From the IMG/VR virus record IMGVR_UViG_3300046002_007491, positions 1-64,000 of that record: a stretch of 64,000 nucleotides of DNA; one strand, written 5' to 3'. The number at the start of each line of letters is the position of its first letter. Within the stretch, counting starts at the first letter, position 1. The translations under genes were made by a program, and so were the position numbers. Positions 45,035-54,930 of this stretch are shown piece by piece. The DNA comes from a virus. The notes under the pieces are model-generated. The model made no database searches, was not told the DNA's origin, and worked only from the letters and a program-made list of their open reading frames with translations.

Positions 45035-48000
45035 TTACATATAGGACTTTATCACCTCGGCGTTCAAAGCATAAATTTCTTGTTGCGTGTTGCTAGAAAA
45101 AGATGCGTCAACTTGCATAAAATATCCAAGAATTCCTTGTTTTTCAACGCTTTCAGGTTTTGATGCTAATACGAAATCTCCCGAAACAATATTATTTACC
45201 GTATCTAATGTTAGCGAATTGGCGGTTTTGCTTAAAATTATACCTACAATTTGCAAATTTGAATTTAAAACCACATCCCCAACGGAAATAATAGAATCCA
45301 ATTCGAAACTAAATTGCAAAGTCAATCCACTAATAACCGCGTTTCCAATACCTTGAAAACTTAACTGAGAAGTATTTAGCTCCCCGTTTTTGCCTCTTAC
45401 ATACGCGTCCCAAACACCTTCTTCCCATTCGAAGTCTGATTTGTTGATATAGCCTTTTTCAAGGTCTGTTTCACAAGCAATTTGCAAATTAGTAGTTCCT
45501 TCTATTGATATTGCTTTATGTATTTTTCTCGTACTTGGCTCTTGGCTAAAATTGAATTTGAAAGTCGTATCTGACTCAACTCCATAAAAAGTATTGAACA
45601 AAGTATCGGAATTATGCAGCCAAATTTCACCGTTTTTAAACGAAATAAACTGAGAATTTACTCTACACATATCTTCTGGATTAAAAGTCAATCTCGTAAG
45701 CCATCCATTAACTTTGTCAGAAAACGCCCACGTTACATATTTCGAAACGCCATTTTTATCGGTGTATTTTATGTTAAGTAAATAGTAATCGTAAAATTGA
45801 TCGTATCGGCCAATTATTTCATTTATGGTATTATCTCTAAATAGTTTTTTGAAATATGTTCTCATTCCCAAAGAAGAAATCTCAAACAATCCATTTCCAC
45901 CCTTTTTTACAACAACTCCACGCTTAAAATCAGTATGGTAAGAAGTGTTTTCGTAATAGTCATAACTATCGGCGTGAGTAGAAATACCATACTCTCCATC
46001 GTAAACTTTTTGCTGTCCTAATACTTCTTGAATACGAGATAAGTTAGTTGTACCATCGGCATTGAAAAGCATATCTTTCCCGTAGAATACAAGTGAATCT
46101 CTATCTTCTTGGCAAACTTCTAAATTTGTGTCTTTGCCACGCATTTTGTAAATAGGTCCATAAATACTTTCCATATCATCTTTGAAATTCGCCAATGATA
46201 AATTAAAAGAATTTAGCTGATTTACATTTGTATTAGAATTATAAATTCCGCTATAAGTAATATCTTTAAATCTACGGACTTGTCTGTAACCGTCTTCGCT
46301 AACCGCTGTAGGGCAAAAATCAATAGCTAGTTCTTTTTCATTAAAAGCATCTCTTATTTGGTAACTTTCTGCGCCATTTCCAAAACAAATACAATTAAAC
46401 GCATTGGTTAATAAATGGTCAGTAAACTCATAATTTCCATTTACAATATTGTAAGTTTCTGGAGTTTCATAAAATACATCATTAGTAATTTCTTTTGGCT
46501 CCGTTTCAAAGATAAAAAACCCATCAACAGCTCTAATTTGTAAAGTACCTTTAGCTCGATTAAAAGAACCCAATCCGTTTGCAGGACAAAACACTTTAAG
46601 GTATCTTTGACTGCCACTATTTATAAAAGTAAAACTATCCCAAATATTAGTTGCTTGAGTTATGAATGGCAATGTAGGAACTATTACAGCATTCCACCAA
46701 TCTTCAAAACTAGCATAATCATTTTGAACATTCCATACTTTATTTAAAGAGAAAACATTACCCCCGGAACTAATATAATTATTTTCTCCTTCTATATTTA
46801 GTTCAACAACCGAACCTTGATTTAGCGGTATATCTACATAATTCGTTCCGTCAAAACGCTTTAATCCCCCAAAAGACAAAGGAACTCTATCTCCAGATTC
46901 AAAATCATTATCGGTGTATGTTTGAAATTCATTAGGGTCATATCTAATCTCAAAATTAGTAGGTTTTATTTTAAAATAAAGTCCTGCCGGTTCTACTAAA
47001 AGAGCTCCATTGCTGTCTAAGTTTCCAGAAATAAAATCTTTAGGTTGGTTTATAACTTCCAAAACTTTTACCTTTACTAAATTAAATAAAGGTCCGTTAC
47101 TGTCTTTTTTAACTGTTAAAACATCACCTTCTAAAACTTTGTTTTTATTTACTCCATCCATTTTTATCCAACGATAATCTCCGTCTTCAAAAAATATATT
47201 AGCAATAATTTGTTCGTAATGCCCTCTATTTTGCTTAATGCAAAATTTGTATCTATTAAATCCAACAGGTACTTTTTGTGTGCTAGGAATTGTAACTTTA
47301 ATTTGGTTTTGAGTAACTGAGTTTGCTATAGGAATAAATAACGTATTGTTATTGCTAACTAAAGCTGTGGTTTTTCTACCTTGAGGGTCTAAAAATATTT
47401 GACAAATCTCATAGCTTCTAATTGATTTTAGAGAGGTTGACCTTGCTATATTTCTGTAGTTTACCATAGTATTAATGTCTGCAAAATAATCGTAAGTAAA
47501 AGTGTTTGGGTCAGGAGTACCGTCAATCTCATATTTTATAACAGGAAAATCAATAAGCATTATACTTCCTGAATTGGTAACATCAAAACCTTTTAAAATT
47601 ACATAAGGAGGAATATACCCATCAGGAGGCGATACGCCCCCGTTAAATTCAAAATAAGATGTAAATTGAACCTCTAACGTATCTACAAAATTTGAGTTTG
47701 CGAGAAGGTCGGTTACATCTATATAATTGTCCTCTAAAATATAACTGAAAGTTTTATTAAAGTTTAAATCTAAAGGAGTACTTGTAATATTGAAATTTAT
47801 AAATAAAGTAAAGCCTTTAACCAAAGAAAGCCCTACTAAATCAAAAGAGATTAATCCTTTAATAACATCTACAGAAGGAGTTTCGAAATCATAAGTTTTA
47901 GTTTCCGTAGTTACATCTAAATTGCCTGTAACTAAGTTAGTAGCTATTAACTCAAGAGTGTAATCCATTAATACCCTATTGCCATTAATATCAATTAAAT

Positions 48001-49015
48001 CTCGGTCTTCCAAATAATTTCCGAAAGCTATTCTATTGCCTATTACCGCTTGGGCAATTGCTTGATGTGGCACGTTGTCATAACTTCTATAAAATTCACT
48101 TTCAGGCAATACTGCGTAAACTTTAGAATTATTAAATTCTATTGTTATATTTTGATTATTGCCCCAACCTTCATCTAATTTTATGAATTTGTCTATTATG
48201 TAAGGAGTATATTCTTTAGAATATTTGAATATTAAATCTATTCCTACAACATCTCTTGGACCTGTGTTAAAAGTTAAATTAACCGCGTTGTAAATATTCA
48301 ACATTCCTAAATTCTCAAACGTGTCAAAATCTATATCAAAATCACCTGGAACAAAAAAGTATTCGGACCAAGTAGAAATAGCGGAATATTGCCCATCTGT
48401 ATATTTATAACGATGCGCAAATGACAAAAATCTATCCTCTAAAAAGTTTGATTCAGGATTTTCAGTTGAGATTAAAGGCGTTAGTGTAATAGGAAATGAA
48501 GGTGGCGCTTTAATAAGTGAAATTTCTTGCTCAGAAAATCCGTTAATTGCCCAAGTTTTAGCAGTTTTGATATTTAAACATCTTGGCGGGTTTAAATCTC
48601 CACTAAAACACAATAAATCTCCATTACCTTCGGGGTCTACAATTATATCTACATTGGTTATTCTTACGTTTGGATCAAAATTTAGCAATTGCCCAATTGT
48701 AGACTGTGCGACAATTACCGAATTCCAAGTAATAACATCAGTTTCTACAACGTAATCATAAACACTACCCGATACAAGATTATAAACTTTACTTTTTGAA
48801 GACAAAACGCCATGACCAATTGTTTTAGCTCCAACAATATTCAAATTTGTTTTTTTGATATTTCCGGTAACGTTTTTCAATACGCCCGCATTAGAACCTT
48901 CAGAAGTTATTACAATAGCGTTTTCAGCATCGATAAGTTCGTCGGGAGAAACGAAACGTTCATCAAAATCTTTTTGGACTGTACCCTTGGCAAATATGTT
49001 TTTTATTTGTGTCAT
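45035..49015 (-). CDS. Tail nozzle/stabilization protein (crAss-like muzzle, P22 gp10 analogue)
   Basis: 1326 aa; KDFDER...DAEN start, FAHRYKY, FGNGAES, YSGIYN, YGISTHADS motifs. Confidence 0.75.
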   Translation of the reverse strand: MTQIKNIFAKGTVQKDFDERFVSPDELIDAENAIVITSEGSNAGVLKNVTGNIKKTNLNIVGAKTIGHGVLSSKSKVYNLVSGSVYDYVVETDVITWNSVIVAQSTIGQLLNFDPNVRITNVDIIVDPEGNGDLLCFSGDLNPPRCLNIKTAKTWAINGFSEQEISLIKAPPSFPITLTPLISTENPESNFLEDRFLSFAHRYKYTDGQYSAISTWSEYFFVPGDFDIDFDTFENLGMLNIYNAVNLTFNTGPRDVVGIDLIFKYSKEYTPYIIDKFIKLDEGWGNNQNITIEFNNSKVYAVLPESEFYRSYDNVPHQAIAQAVIGNRIAFGNYLEDRDLIDINGNRVLMDYTLELIATNLVTGNLDVTTETKTYDFETPSVDVIKGLISFDLVGLSLVKGFTLFINFNITSTPLDLNFNKTFSYILEDNYIDVTDLLANSNFVDTLEVQFTSYFEFNGGVSPPDGYIPPYVILKGFDVTNSGSIMLIDFPVIKYEIDGTPDPNTFTYDYFADINTMVNYRNIARSTSLKSIRSYEICQIFLDPQGRKTTALVSNNNTLFIPIANSVTQNQIKVTIPSTQKVPVGFNRYKFCIKQNRGHYEQIIANIFFEDGDYRWIKMDGVNKNKVLEGDVLTVKKDSNGPLFNLVKVKVLEVINQPKDFISGNLDSNGALLVEPAGLYFKIKPTNFEIRYDPNEFQTYTDNDFESGDRVPLSFGGLKRFDGTNYVDIPLNQGSVVELNIEGENNYISSGGNVFSLNKVWNVQNDYASFEDWWNAVIVPTLPFITQATNIWDSFTFINSGSQRYLKVFCPANGLGSFNRAKGTLQIRAVDGFFIFETEPKEITNDVFYETPETYNIVNGNYEFTDHLLTNAFNCICFGNGAESYQIRDAFNEKELAIDFCPTAVSEDGYRQVRRFKDITYSGIYNSNTNVNQLNSFNLSLANFKDDMESIYGPIYKMRGKDTNLEVCQEDRDSLVFYGKDMLFNADGTTNLSRIQEVLGQQKVYDGEYGISTHADSYDYYENTSYHTDFKRGVVVKKGGNGLFEISSLGMRTYFKKLFRDNTINEIIGRYDQFYDYYLLNIKYTDKNGVSKYVTWAFSDKVNGWLTRLTFNPEDMCRVNSQFISFKNGEIWLHNSDTLFNTFYGVESDTTFKFNFSQEPSTRKIHKAISIEGTTNLQIACETDLEKGYINKSDFEWEEGVWDAYVRGKNGELNTSQLSFQGIGNAVISGLTLQFSFELDSIISVGDVVLNSNLQIVGIILSKTANSLTLDTVNNIVSGDFVLASKPESVEKQGILGYFMQVDASFSSNTQQEIYALNAEVIKSYM

Positions 49016-49750
49016 TTATGCTTTTTTAATGGCATTATATTCTTTTAATTTTTTTTGAAATGCTTCGCTTGCGTCAAGTTCATTATTAAAATACCCTAAA
49101 TTATACGTGATTCCATTTCGCTTTAGTTGAGCCTTCCATTTTTTAGAAGGTTTATGCCAAGCTACTCCTTTGTATTCTGACGCATATTTTTTCTTTTTAA
49201 TTTTAATAGTTTTTAAATTACCATCACTTTCTACTATTTTCAATGCGTTTTGATAATATTTAGACGCTTCCAATTCATCTGTGAAACATCCTAAATTTAT
49301 TTTAATTTTATTTACAACGATTCTTGCTCGCCATTTTTTACTTGTTTTATGTAAATAAACCCCTGTGTGTTTAGAAGCTCCTTTTCTGTCTTTTGATAAA
49401 TTTTCTCTATTGGTAATTAATTGTAAATTTTCAAGTCTGTTATCGTGCCTAATGTTGTTTTTATGGTCTACTATTTCATTGTATCCGCAAGGAACGTGGC
49501 CTAAAAAAGCCATCGCCATTAATTTTTGAACTTGAAAAGATTTTCCTTTTTTATTTTTACGAAGACAAACGCCCCTGTATCCATTATTGTTGCAACTTTT
49601 TAAAATTTTCTCTTTTGAAATATAAAATCCAAAGCCATTAAATATTTCTCTGCTTAAAGATTTTACATTTCCCAAGTCGCTTATTTGATAAATTCCTTCA
49701 TAATTTAAGATGTCTTTCCAAATTTCTAATTGTTGATTTGTGTTTGTCAT
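49016..49750 (-). CDS. NUMOD4-HNH-AP2 homing endonuclease
   Basis: EIWKDILNYEGIYQISDLGNVKS, VDHKNNIRHDNRLENL, two AP2-like repeats. Confidence 0.92.
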   Translation of the reverse strand: MTNTNQQLEIWKDILNYEGIYQISDLGNVKSLSREIFNGFGFYISKEKILKSCNNNGYRGVCLRKNKKGKSFQVQKLMAMAFLGHVPCGYNEIVDHKNNIRHDNRLENLQLITNRENLSKDRKGASKHTGVYLHKTSKKWRARIVVNKIKINLGCFTDELEASKYYQNALKIVESDGNLKTIKIKKKKYASEYKGVAWHKPSKKWKAQLKRNGITYNLGYFNNELDASEAFQKKLKEYNAIKKA

Positions 49751-49852
49751 TTTGCTGAAAATTAAATGTTATGCTGAAAAAAAATAAATAGGGAAACTGT
49801 TTCAGCGTCAGTTTTCAAAAAGGTTTATAAGTCCTTTTCTATCCCTATATTT

Positions 49853-50731
49853 CTATCTTATCCAAATTTTTCCTTGTTTAAATTGCTGGATGAATTCGGC
49901 TGGTTTAATTCCTAACATTCTAACGCGAGCATTTCTATACAAAGTATCGTAAGTTCTTTTAATATTCCTTTTTTCATAATCTGGCAATCGAATGGAATTT
50001 TTAGAAAGTCGGTCATTGATATATGCGTACAGCGCGTCTTCTGCGTACTTATGAATTTTCATATCCTTTTCCAACAATTCATTCCCGTCCGAAATATATT
50101 CCAACAAAATAATTCTTTCAGCATTTTCAGAACTAAAATGTATTCTTTTTTCATCAACATTAAAAGTTCCATTGGCATTTAACCGAGTATCTAATCTCCA
50201 ATTTTGATTAATGCTATACCAATTTCCCCATCCATACGCACCGTAAAAACCAGCAATGTTTAAATTATCCGTATCGTGACGTTTTAAAGTATCGTTGATA
50301 TGCTCAATAGCTGTTGTTCCAATCAAAATATCTCCTTCATTGTCAAATAATATCTCCGCAGAATTATCTTGCAAATGAGCAATTCCTAATGGCGTTTTTG
50401 TATTTACAGACATTGGATGAATTTGCCCTGTTTCTTTATTTACCCAAGAAATTCTAATGTAATCAACGTAATCGTAAGGTTTGATGATATCCAAATTATC
50501 TCCAAGTTCTAATTCTACTACTTTAGGGCTTTTTAATGCTCCAAAAGTAAATTCTCGAATACCTTGTTTTGCTTGGTAAATAACTTTCGATCGAGGAATA
50601 TTTCCGTGCAAAGTATCATCTCCTAAATAGTTCTGAGTGAAGTTATTTACGATTTGCTCGATTGGCACGAATTGATAATTTCCGTGGTTATCTTCGTCTT
50701 CGTAATAAATCTGAGGATTTTGTGCGCTCAT
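49853..50731 (-). CDS. Putative head-tail adaptor/ring protein
   Basis: 292 aa between capsid and tail genes; PYDYVDYIRISWV, LEYISDG. Confidence 0.65.
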   Translation of the reverse strand: MSAQNPQIYYEDEDNHGNYQFVPIEQIVNNFTQNYLGDDTLHGNIPRSKVIYQAKQGIREFTFGALKSPKVVELELGDNLDIIKPYDYVDYIRISWVNKETGQIHPMSVNTKTPLGIAHLQDNSAEILFDNEGDILIGTTAIEHINDTLKRHDTDNLNIAGFYGAYGWGNWYSINQNWRLDTRLNANGTFNVDEKRIHFSSENAERIILLEYISDGNELLEKDMKIHKYAEDALYAYINDRLSKNSIRLPDYEKRNIKRTYDTLYRNARVRMLGIKPAEFIQQFKQGKIWIR

Positions 50732-50747
50732 TGATATTAATTTACAA

Positions 50748-50755
50748 CAAAGATA
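50748..50755 (-). promoter_or_regulatory. -7 element TATCTTTG
   Basis: 17 bp before ATG 50731. Confidence 0.65.
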
Positions 50756-50814
50756 GAAAAAAATGATACTTGTTTGAGTTTTGATATTATTTTCTTATGG
50801 TTATCGTAAAACAT

Positions 50815-50844
50815 AAAAAAGCCACTCGGTTAAGAATGGCTTTT
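50815..50844 (-). terminator. Intrinsic terminator
   Basis: AAAAAAGCCA...TGGCTTTT. Confidence 0.65.
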
Positions 50845-50865
50845 AAAATATACATCGATTAACGA

Positions 50866-51966
50866 TTATCCAATAGCTTGTTTTAGATATTCATAGAATG
50901 CCATTCCTTTTCCAGACATTAAATATTCGGCAATTGCGTCATATTCGTCTTGGTTTCTTGAAACTTCTACTAAAACCTCTTTGTTTTCATTCAGCCATTT
51001 ATAATTGCTGTAACTGATAACTCCGCGATATAACGCAGTTTTAGCAACGCCTTTTATTTCTAGGGTTGGTTGATTTGCCAATTGTAAGAATTTAGCAGGA
51101 CTTTTTGCAACAGCGCTATACAACGAACGTTTTAATTCAGCAGGAACCCATTCTTCTTTGTAATCAGAACACATCAATCTTGCAACGGCATCTTGCTTAA
51201 TCGGACTAATTGAACGAACCAAACTTTGTGCTTCATACAATCTATCTTCTTTTTCGATTTCAAGACTTGCTTCTTTTCCAGGATCATATTCTTCAAAAAT
51301 AGAGCCTCCATTTGCTTTGTTGTCTGGGTGAATTGCCAAGAACTTTTGAAGTGGAATTTCGTTTTTGTTGGTTTTTAACATTCCGTATTTAACCTCAATC
51401 GGCGTAACAACAACGTCTCCTTTTTGTTTCTCCATAAAGAAAGAAACTTGGTTTACCGAATAACGCAAAGCATAAGTTTGATTAGTTTTCGGATTCAAAT
51501 AGGTCAAAGGACTTAATGGTGCTTTACTTCTGTTTCTGATTCCTCTTGATGGCGGTTTTTCGCCGTTACATAGAACGTAAATTCTGTCTTTTACTTCGAA
51601 ATCTTCAAGTCCTGGAATATCGTCAAAGTTTTCGTCTTTGGTAGATAATGGTTTGTAGATTTCTTTTTGGACTTCTTTTTGCTCAACAATTGGTTGTTGA
51701 ATTGGCAAATTTGCCATTGCTTTCGCCACTTCTTGAGCGACTAAATCACTTACTTGTGATAAAGGAATGCTTGGCTCTTTTTCTTCTACGATTTCTGCTG
51801 GCTTTTCGACAATTTCATCAACTACTTCAATTTTACTTGCTAGTCCTTGATTTTCGGTTCCCGATTGGTCGCCTTGTTCAGCTAACTTTTTAGCATCTTC
51901 TTCTTTCGCTTTTAGTTCTCTACCTTCTTTTGATAGATGATGCGGTTTTGCAACTTGGTTTTCCAT
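50866..51966 (-). CDS. Capsid-associated protein downstream of the major capsid gene
   Basis: 366 aa; LRYSVNQVSFF, LQKFLAIHP motifs; position. Confidence 0.65.
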   Translation of the reverse strand: MENQVAKPHHLSKEGRELKAKEEDAKKLAEQGDQSGTENQGLASKIEVVDEIVEKPAEIVEEKEPSIPLSQVSDLVAQEVAKAMANLPIQQPIVEQKEVQKEIYKPLSTKDENFDDIPGLEDFEVKDRIYVLCNGEKPPSRGIRNRSKAPLSPLTYLNPKTNQTYALRYSVNQVSFFMEKQKGDVVVTPIEVKYGMLKTNKNEIPLQKFLAIHPDNKANGGSIFEEYDPGKEASLEIEKEDRLYEAQSLVRSISPIKQDAVARLMCSDYKEEWVPAELKRSLYSAVAKSPAKFLQLANQPTLEIKGVAKTALYRGVISYSNYKWLNENKEVLVEVSRNQDEYDAIAEYLMSGKGMAFYEYLKQAIG

Positions 51967-51991
51967 TTTGATTTAATTTAAGATTTAATTT

Positions 51992-52023
51992 AAAAAAAAG
52001 GCTTGCTGTTACACAAGCCTTTT
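51992..52023 (-). terminator. Intrinsic terminator after the major capsid gene
   Basis: AAAAGGCTTG...CAAGCCTTTT. Confidence 0.75.
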
Positions 52024-52041
52024 CACTTTATTTATTGTTGA

Positions 52042-53349
52042 TTATCCAACGCATCGCAACAGGTTGTTGCGGCCAGTTACCATAAGACAACGCTCTGTCA
52101 AAAATTCAGTCTCACGACCGTCAACTTTGTTCGTTCCATCATCCCATGATCTCATGGTCATTTTGTATTTACGATTAGTTGCGGCAGACGCTCTGTATTT
52201 AACGTGAAGCATTGGTACAGTAGCATTTTTTCCTTCCATTACATCGTACACTTTTTTAGAAGCCGAAGGAATAAAAATTGCGTGTGTTTTAGTTGCTCCA
52301 ACAGCAGAACCTTCAGTTGTAGGGTTATCTAAGAATCTCCAATTAGATTTGTAGAAATTGTAGTTTCCGTAATTGAAGTCTTTAAATCCTAACTTAATAC
52401 CTTGTTCTTTATTGTCGAAAGCACCCCAAGCAGAACCAGTAACGTTTTCCGCTTTAATCATTCGGTCAATTAAACGGTTTTGAGCAGAAGTACCATAGAT
52501 GTAGTTTTCTGAAATCATACCTTGAGCGTTAAAACGGTCAATGATTGAATCGAAATCATCTAAATCTACAGCAGGTCCTTCAAAGATATTTCCTTCGTCA
52601 GCGCAAGAGAATAAACCTTGAGTACCAATAACTCCGGCAGTCGCTAAGTCACCAGTCCAATTTTCTCCTAAAATAAGACCGTTTTCTTGTGCGTTGTTAA
52701 AACGTTTTTTGGTGTCGTTTAAGTTTTTGTAGTACCACAAGAATCCTTCTCCGGTATCAACCCAAGTACGCAACGCCATGTTAGAATCATTTTCTTTTAA
52801 GAATTCTTTAATGATAACAGGGTTTTGAGTAAATTGCTCAACTTGGCTATTCAAACCACCGCCTAAAAATTCAGAACCTTTAGCGTATTCGTTAGAGTAA
52901 GCGTAAACAGTAAGAGCAGTAGTACCTACGTCAGTCCAAGTTCCTGTACCACATAAAGCGGTAAATCCGTTAGTTGTAACAGCATTAATTTGACCTTTTT
53001 TAAGTACGGAACCGTCAGCATTTCTTACAGAAATGGTTTCGTTAAGTCTGAAAGTGTGAGCAGTTGATGTAAACACATCGGCAGCACGAGTAACGCCTTC
53101 TGCTAATTGCGTAAGACGACCTTCTTCATTCCATTTAATTAAATCCGCTTGAAACGGACTTTCTTTGCCTAATTCGGCAAGCATACCAGTAATCATTTGA
53201 GAGCCAAATCGGTCTACAATTTGAGCTTCTAACTCAGGAATAAACTGAGTTAACAAGTTGTACTCGCTATCACTAATGTAATTAAGCGGAGTAGGAACTT
53301 TTGTCGGTGAAGGAGTTAATACAACTCCAGGAACATTTAATAATGCCAT
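52042..53349 (-). CDS. Major capsid protein
   Basis: 435 aa after portal and scaffold; IKWNEEGRL, FLTERCL...GRNN; high-expression codon usage; followed by a terminator. Confidence 0.82.
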   Translation of the reverse strand: MALLNVPGVVLTPSPTKVPTPLNYISDSEYNLLTQFIPELEAQIVDRFGSQMITGMLAELGKESPFQADLIKWNEEGRLTQLAEGVTRAADVFTSTAHTFRLNETISVRNADGSVLKKGQINAVTTNGFTALCGTGTWTDVGTTALTVYAYSNEYAKGSEFLGGGLNSQVEQFTQNPVIIKEFLKENDSNMALRTWVDTGEGFLWYYKNLNDTKKRFNNAQENGLILGENWTGDLATAGVIGTQGLFSCADEGNIFEGPAVDLDDFDSIIDRFNAQGMISENYIYGTSAQNRLIDRMIKAENVTGSAWGAFDNKEQGIKLGFKDFNYGNYNFYKSNWRFLDNPTTEGSAVGATKTHAIFIPSASKKVYDVMEGKNATVPMLHVKYRASAATNRKYKMTMRSWDDGTNKVDGRETEFLTERCLMVTGRNNLLRCVG

Positions 53350-53420
53350 TTTTCCTTAATTTTTTTGGTTGTTTTTATCTTTTTACTTTGATTGAAACAA
53401 CAATGCGAAAACTTTTACGA

Positions 53421-54533
53421 TTATTCTTCGACTTTCCAACGCTTACCTTGATTGCCTGTTTGAATATTTTTCACTCCTTGAACTTGTACGTTCTTAGATT
53501 CTTTTTCTTCAATTTCAAGTTGTTTTGCCATTCCAATTTTAATGAAATGTTCGGCAACTTTTTCAGGATTCATAGCAAAATGCAATGCTTTGTAATATCC
53601 TTCTGCGTCTTTCAACTTACCGGATTCGTCAAAGAATTTTTTGTCAAAATTGCTTAAATCAGAAAGCGTTTTTTTCGTTTCCTCAACATTTTCAGGATTA
53701 ATACTAAATTCTTCGTCTCCTACTTTAACTTTGAAACCTTCAAAATTTGAAGAGAAAACTTCATCAGTTTTAGACTGAAAATCTTTAGCTGTCTGTTCGA
53801 AAGCAACTTTGTTTTCTTCTTGTTGTTTAATGTAACTATCAGCAAATTCCTTGGCTTTTACAAAATCTTCTGGTATCGATTCGTCAAGACCCTTGGCGAC
53901 ATTATACTTTTCTTTTTGACTTTCTAAAAGTTTTAGACCTTTTTGATAATCTCTTTCTATATTAATCTCCTTGTCCGTGATTTCATCTTCATCTGCGAAT
54001 TCGGGAGCAACATATTCTTTTTGATACAATCTTTCAATTTGCTTATCAGTAAGAGTTGGGTTTTCCAATCTTAGATTTTGCAATAGAATGTTCTCTTTTG
54101 GCTCGGCGGACCAGTCCTTTTGTGTTTCCAAGAATTCTTGGTAGCCTCTGCCTGTTTCTTTTTTGTATTCTAAATACTTTTCAATCTCGGGATCTAATTT
54201 GGCAATTTCTTTAGGTTTTAAATCATCCAAAGATTTTGCGTCAAATCCGTACTTTTCATTCAGTTCTTTTAGAATAACATTTTCGTCAATAACTAAAGGA
54301 GCGATTGGTTGTTCAGCAGGTTTTTCCTCGGCTGGCTTTTCTTCAGCAGGGACTTCAACTACTTTTTCAATAACTTCTACAACTTCTTCTTTCGGTTGTT
54401 CTAAAAAAGAAGGGTGAACTTCAGGCTTGTCATCTACAACAGCCCATTGCTTTACTTCTTCGGCTGCGGGTTGCTCAACAACTGTTTCTACAACTTCAGC
54501 GGGTTCGTTTTTTTCTATTTCGTCTTGTGGCAT
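53421..54533 (-). CDS. Capsid scaffolding-like protein
   Basis: Acidic, KYLEYKKETGR, AMNPEKVAEHF; between portal and capsid genes. Confidence 0.7.
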   Translation of the reverse strand: MPQDEIEKNEPAEVVETVVEQPAAEEVKQWAVVDDKPEVHPSFLEQPKEEVVEVIEKVVEVPAEEKPAEEKPAEQPIAPLVIDENVILKELNEKYGFDAKSLDDLKPKEIAKLDPEIEKYLEYKKETGRGYQEFLETQKDWSAEPKENILLQNLRLENPTLTDKQIERLYQKEYVAPEFADEDEITDKEINIERDYQKGLKLLESQKEKYNVAKGLDESIPEDFVKAKEFADSYIKQQEENKVAFEQTAKDFQSKTDEVFSSNFEGFKVKVGDEEFSINPENVEETKKTLSDLSNFDKKFFDESGKLKDAEGYYKALHFAMNPEKVAEHFIKIGMAKQLEIEEKESKNVQVQGVKNIQTGNQGKRWKVEE

Positions 54534-54565
54534 TTTGATTTGAATTTAGATTATGAATTTATTGA

Positions 54566-54573
54566 CAAAGATA
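54566..54573 (-). promoter_or_regulatory. -7 element TATCTTTG
   Basis: 33 bp before ATG 54533. Confidence 0.65.
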
Positions 54574-54625
54574 TAAATATTTTCTATCGTAAAACAAAAC
54601 ACTATATGATTTTTCTATACAAACG

Positions 54626-54657
54626 AAAAAAGCCACATTATTATATGTGGCTTTTTT
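54626..54657 (-). terminator. Intrinsic terminator
   Basis: AAAAAAGCCACAT...ATGTGGCTTTTTT. Confidence 0.75.
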
Positions 54658-54678
54658 ATAAAAACTTAAATCTTGTTG

Positions 54679-54915
54679 TTATTTGATTTGCAGGTCTTGA
54701 ATCATAATTCCAACAAAATCATCATCAAATTTCTTTTCGTCGTGATCGTGATTTGTCAAGAACGGATATTGCTTTTTCAAATCTTTTACTGAAAAATACA
54801 CGTTGTTGCCTTCTGCTTTTAAAGGAATCTTTGCTTGAACCAACTCTACTCTTGTTGGGATTGCTTTTACCAAATCTTCTGTTGTTTCTTCTACTTTTTT
54901 CTTTGCTTTTGCCAT
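54679..54915 (-). CDS. Hypothetical protein
   Basis: 78-aa ORF. Confidence 0.65.
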   Translation of the reverse strand: MAKAKKKVEETTEDLVKAIPTRVELVQAKIPLKAEGNNVYFSVKDLKKQYPFLTNHDHDEKKFDDDFVGIMIQDLQIK

Positions 54916-54930
54916 GGTTGTTTTTTATGG

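Noticed and set aside
48320-48350. DFDID motif in the 1326-aa protein, like the crAss-phage virion RNA polymerase active site
   Set aside because: It lies within a tail-protein segment (FFVPGDFDIDFDTFENLGMLN) with no other polymerase motifs, and the giant protein shows no DxDxD catalytic loop
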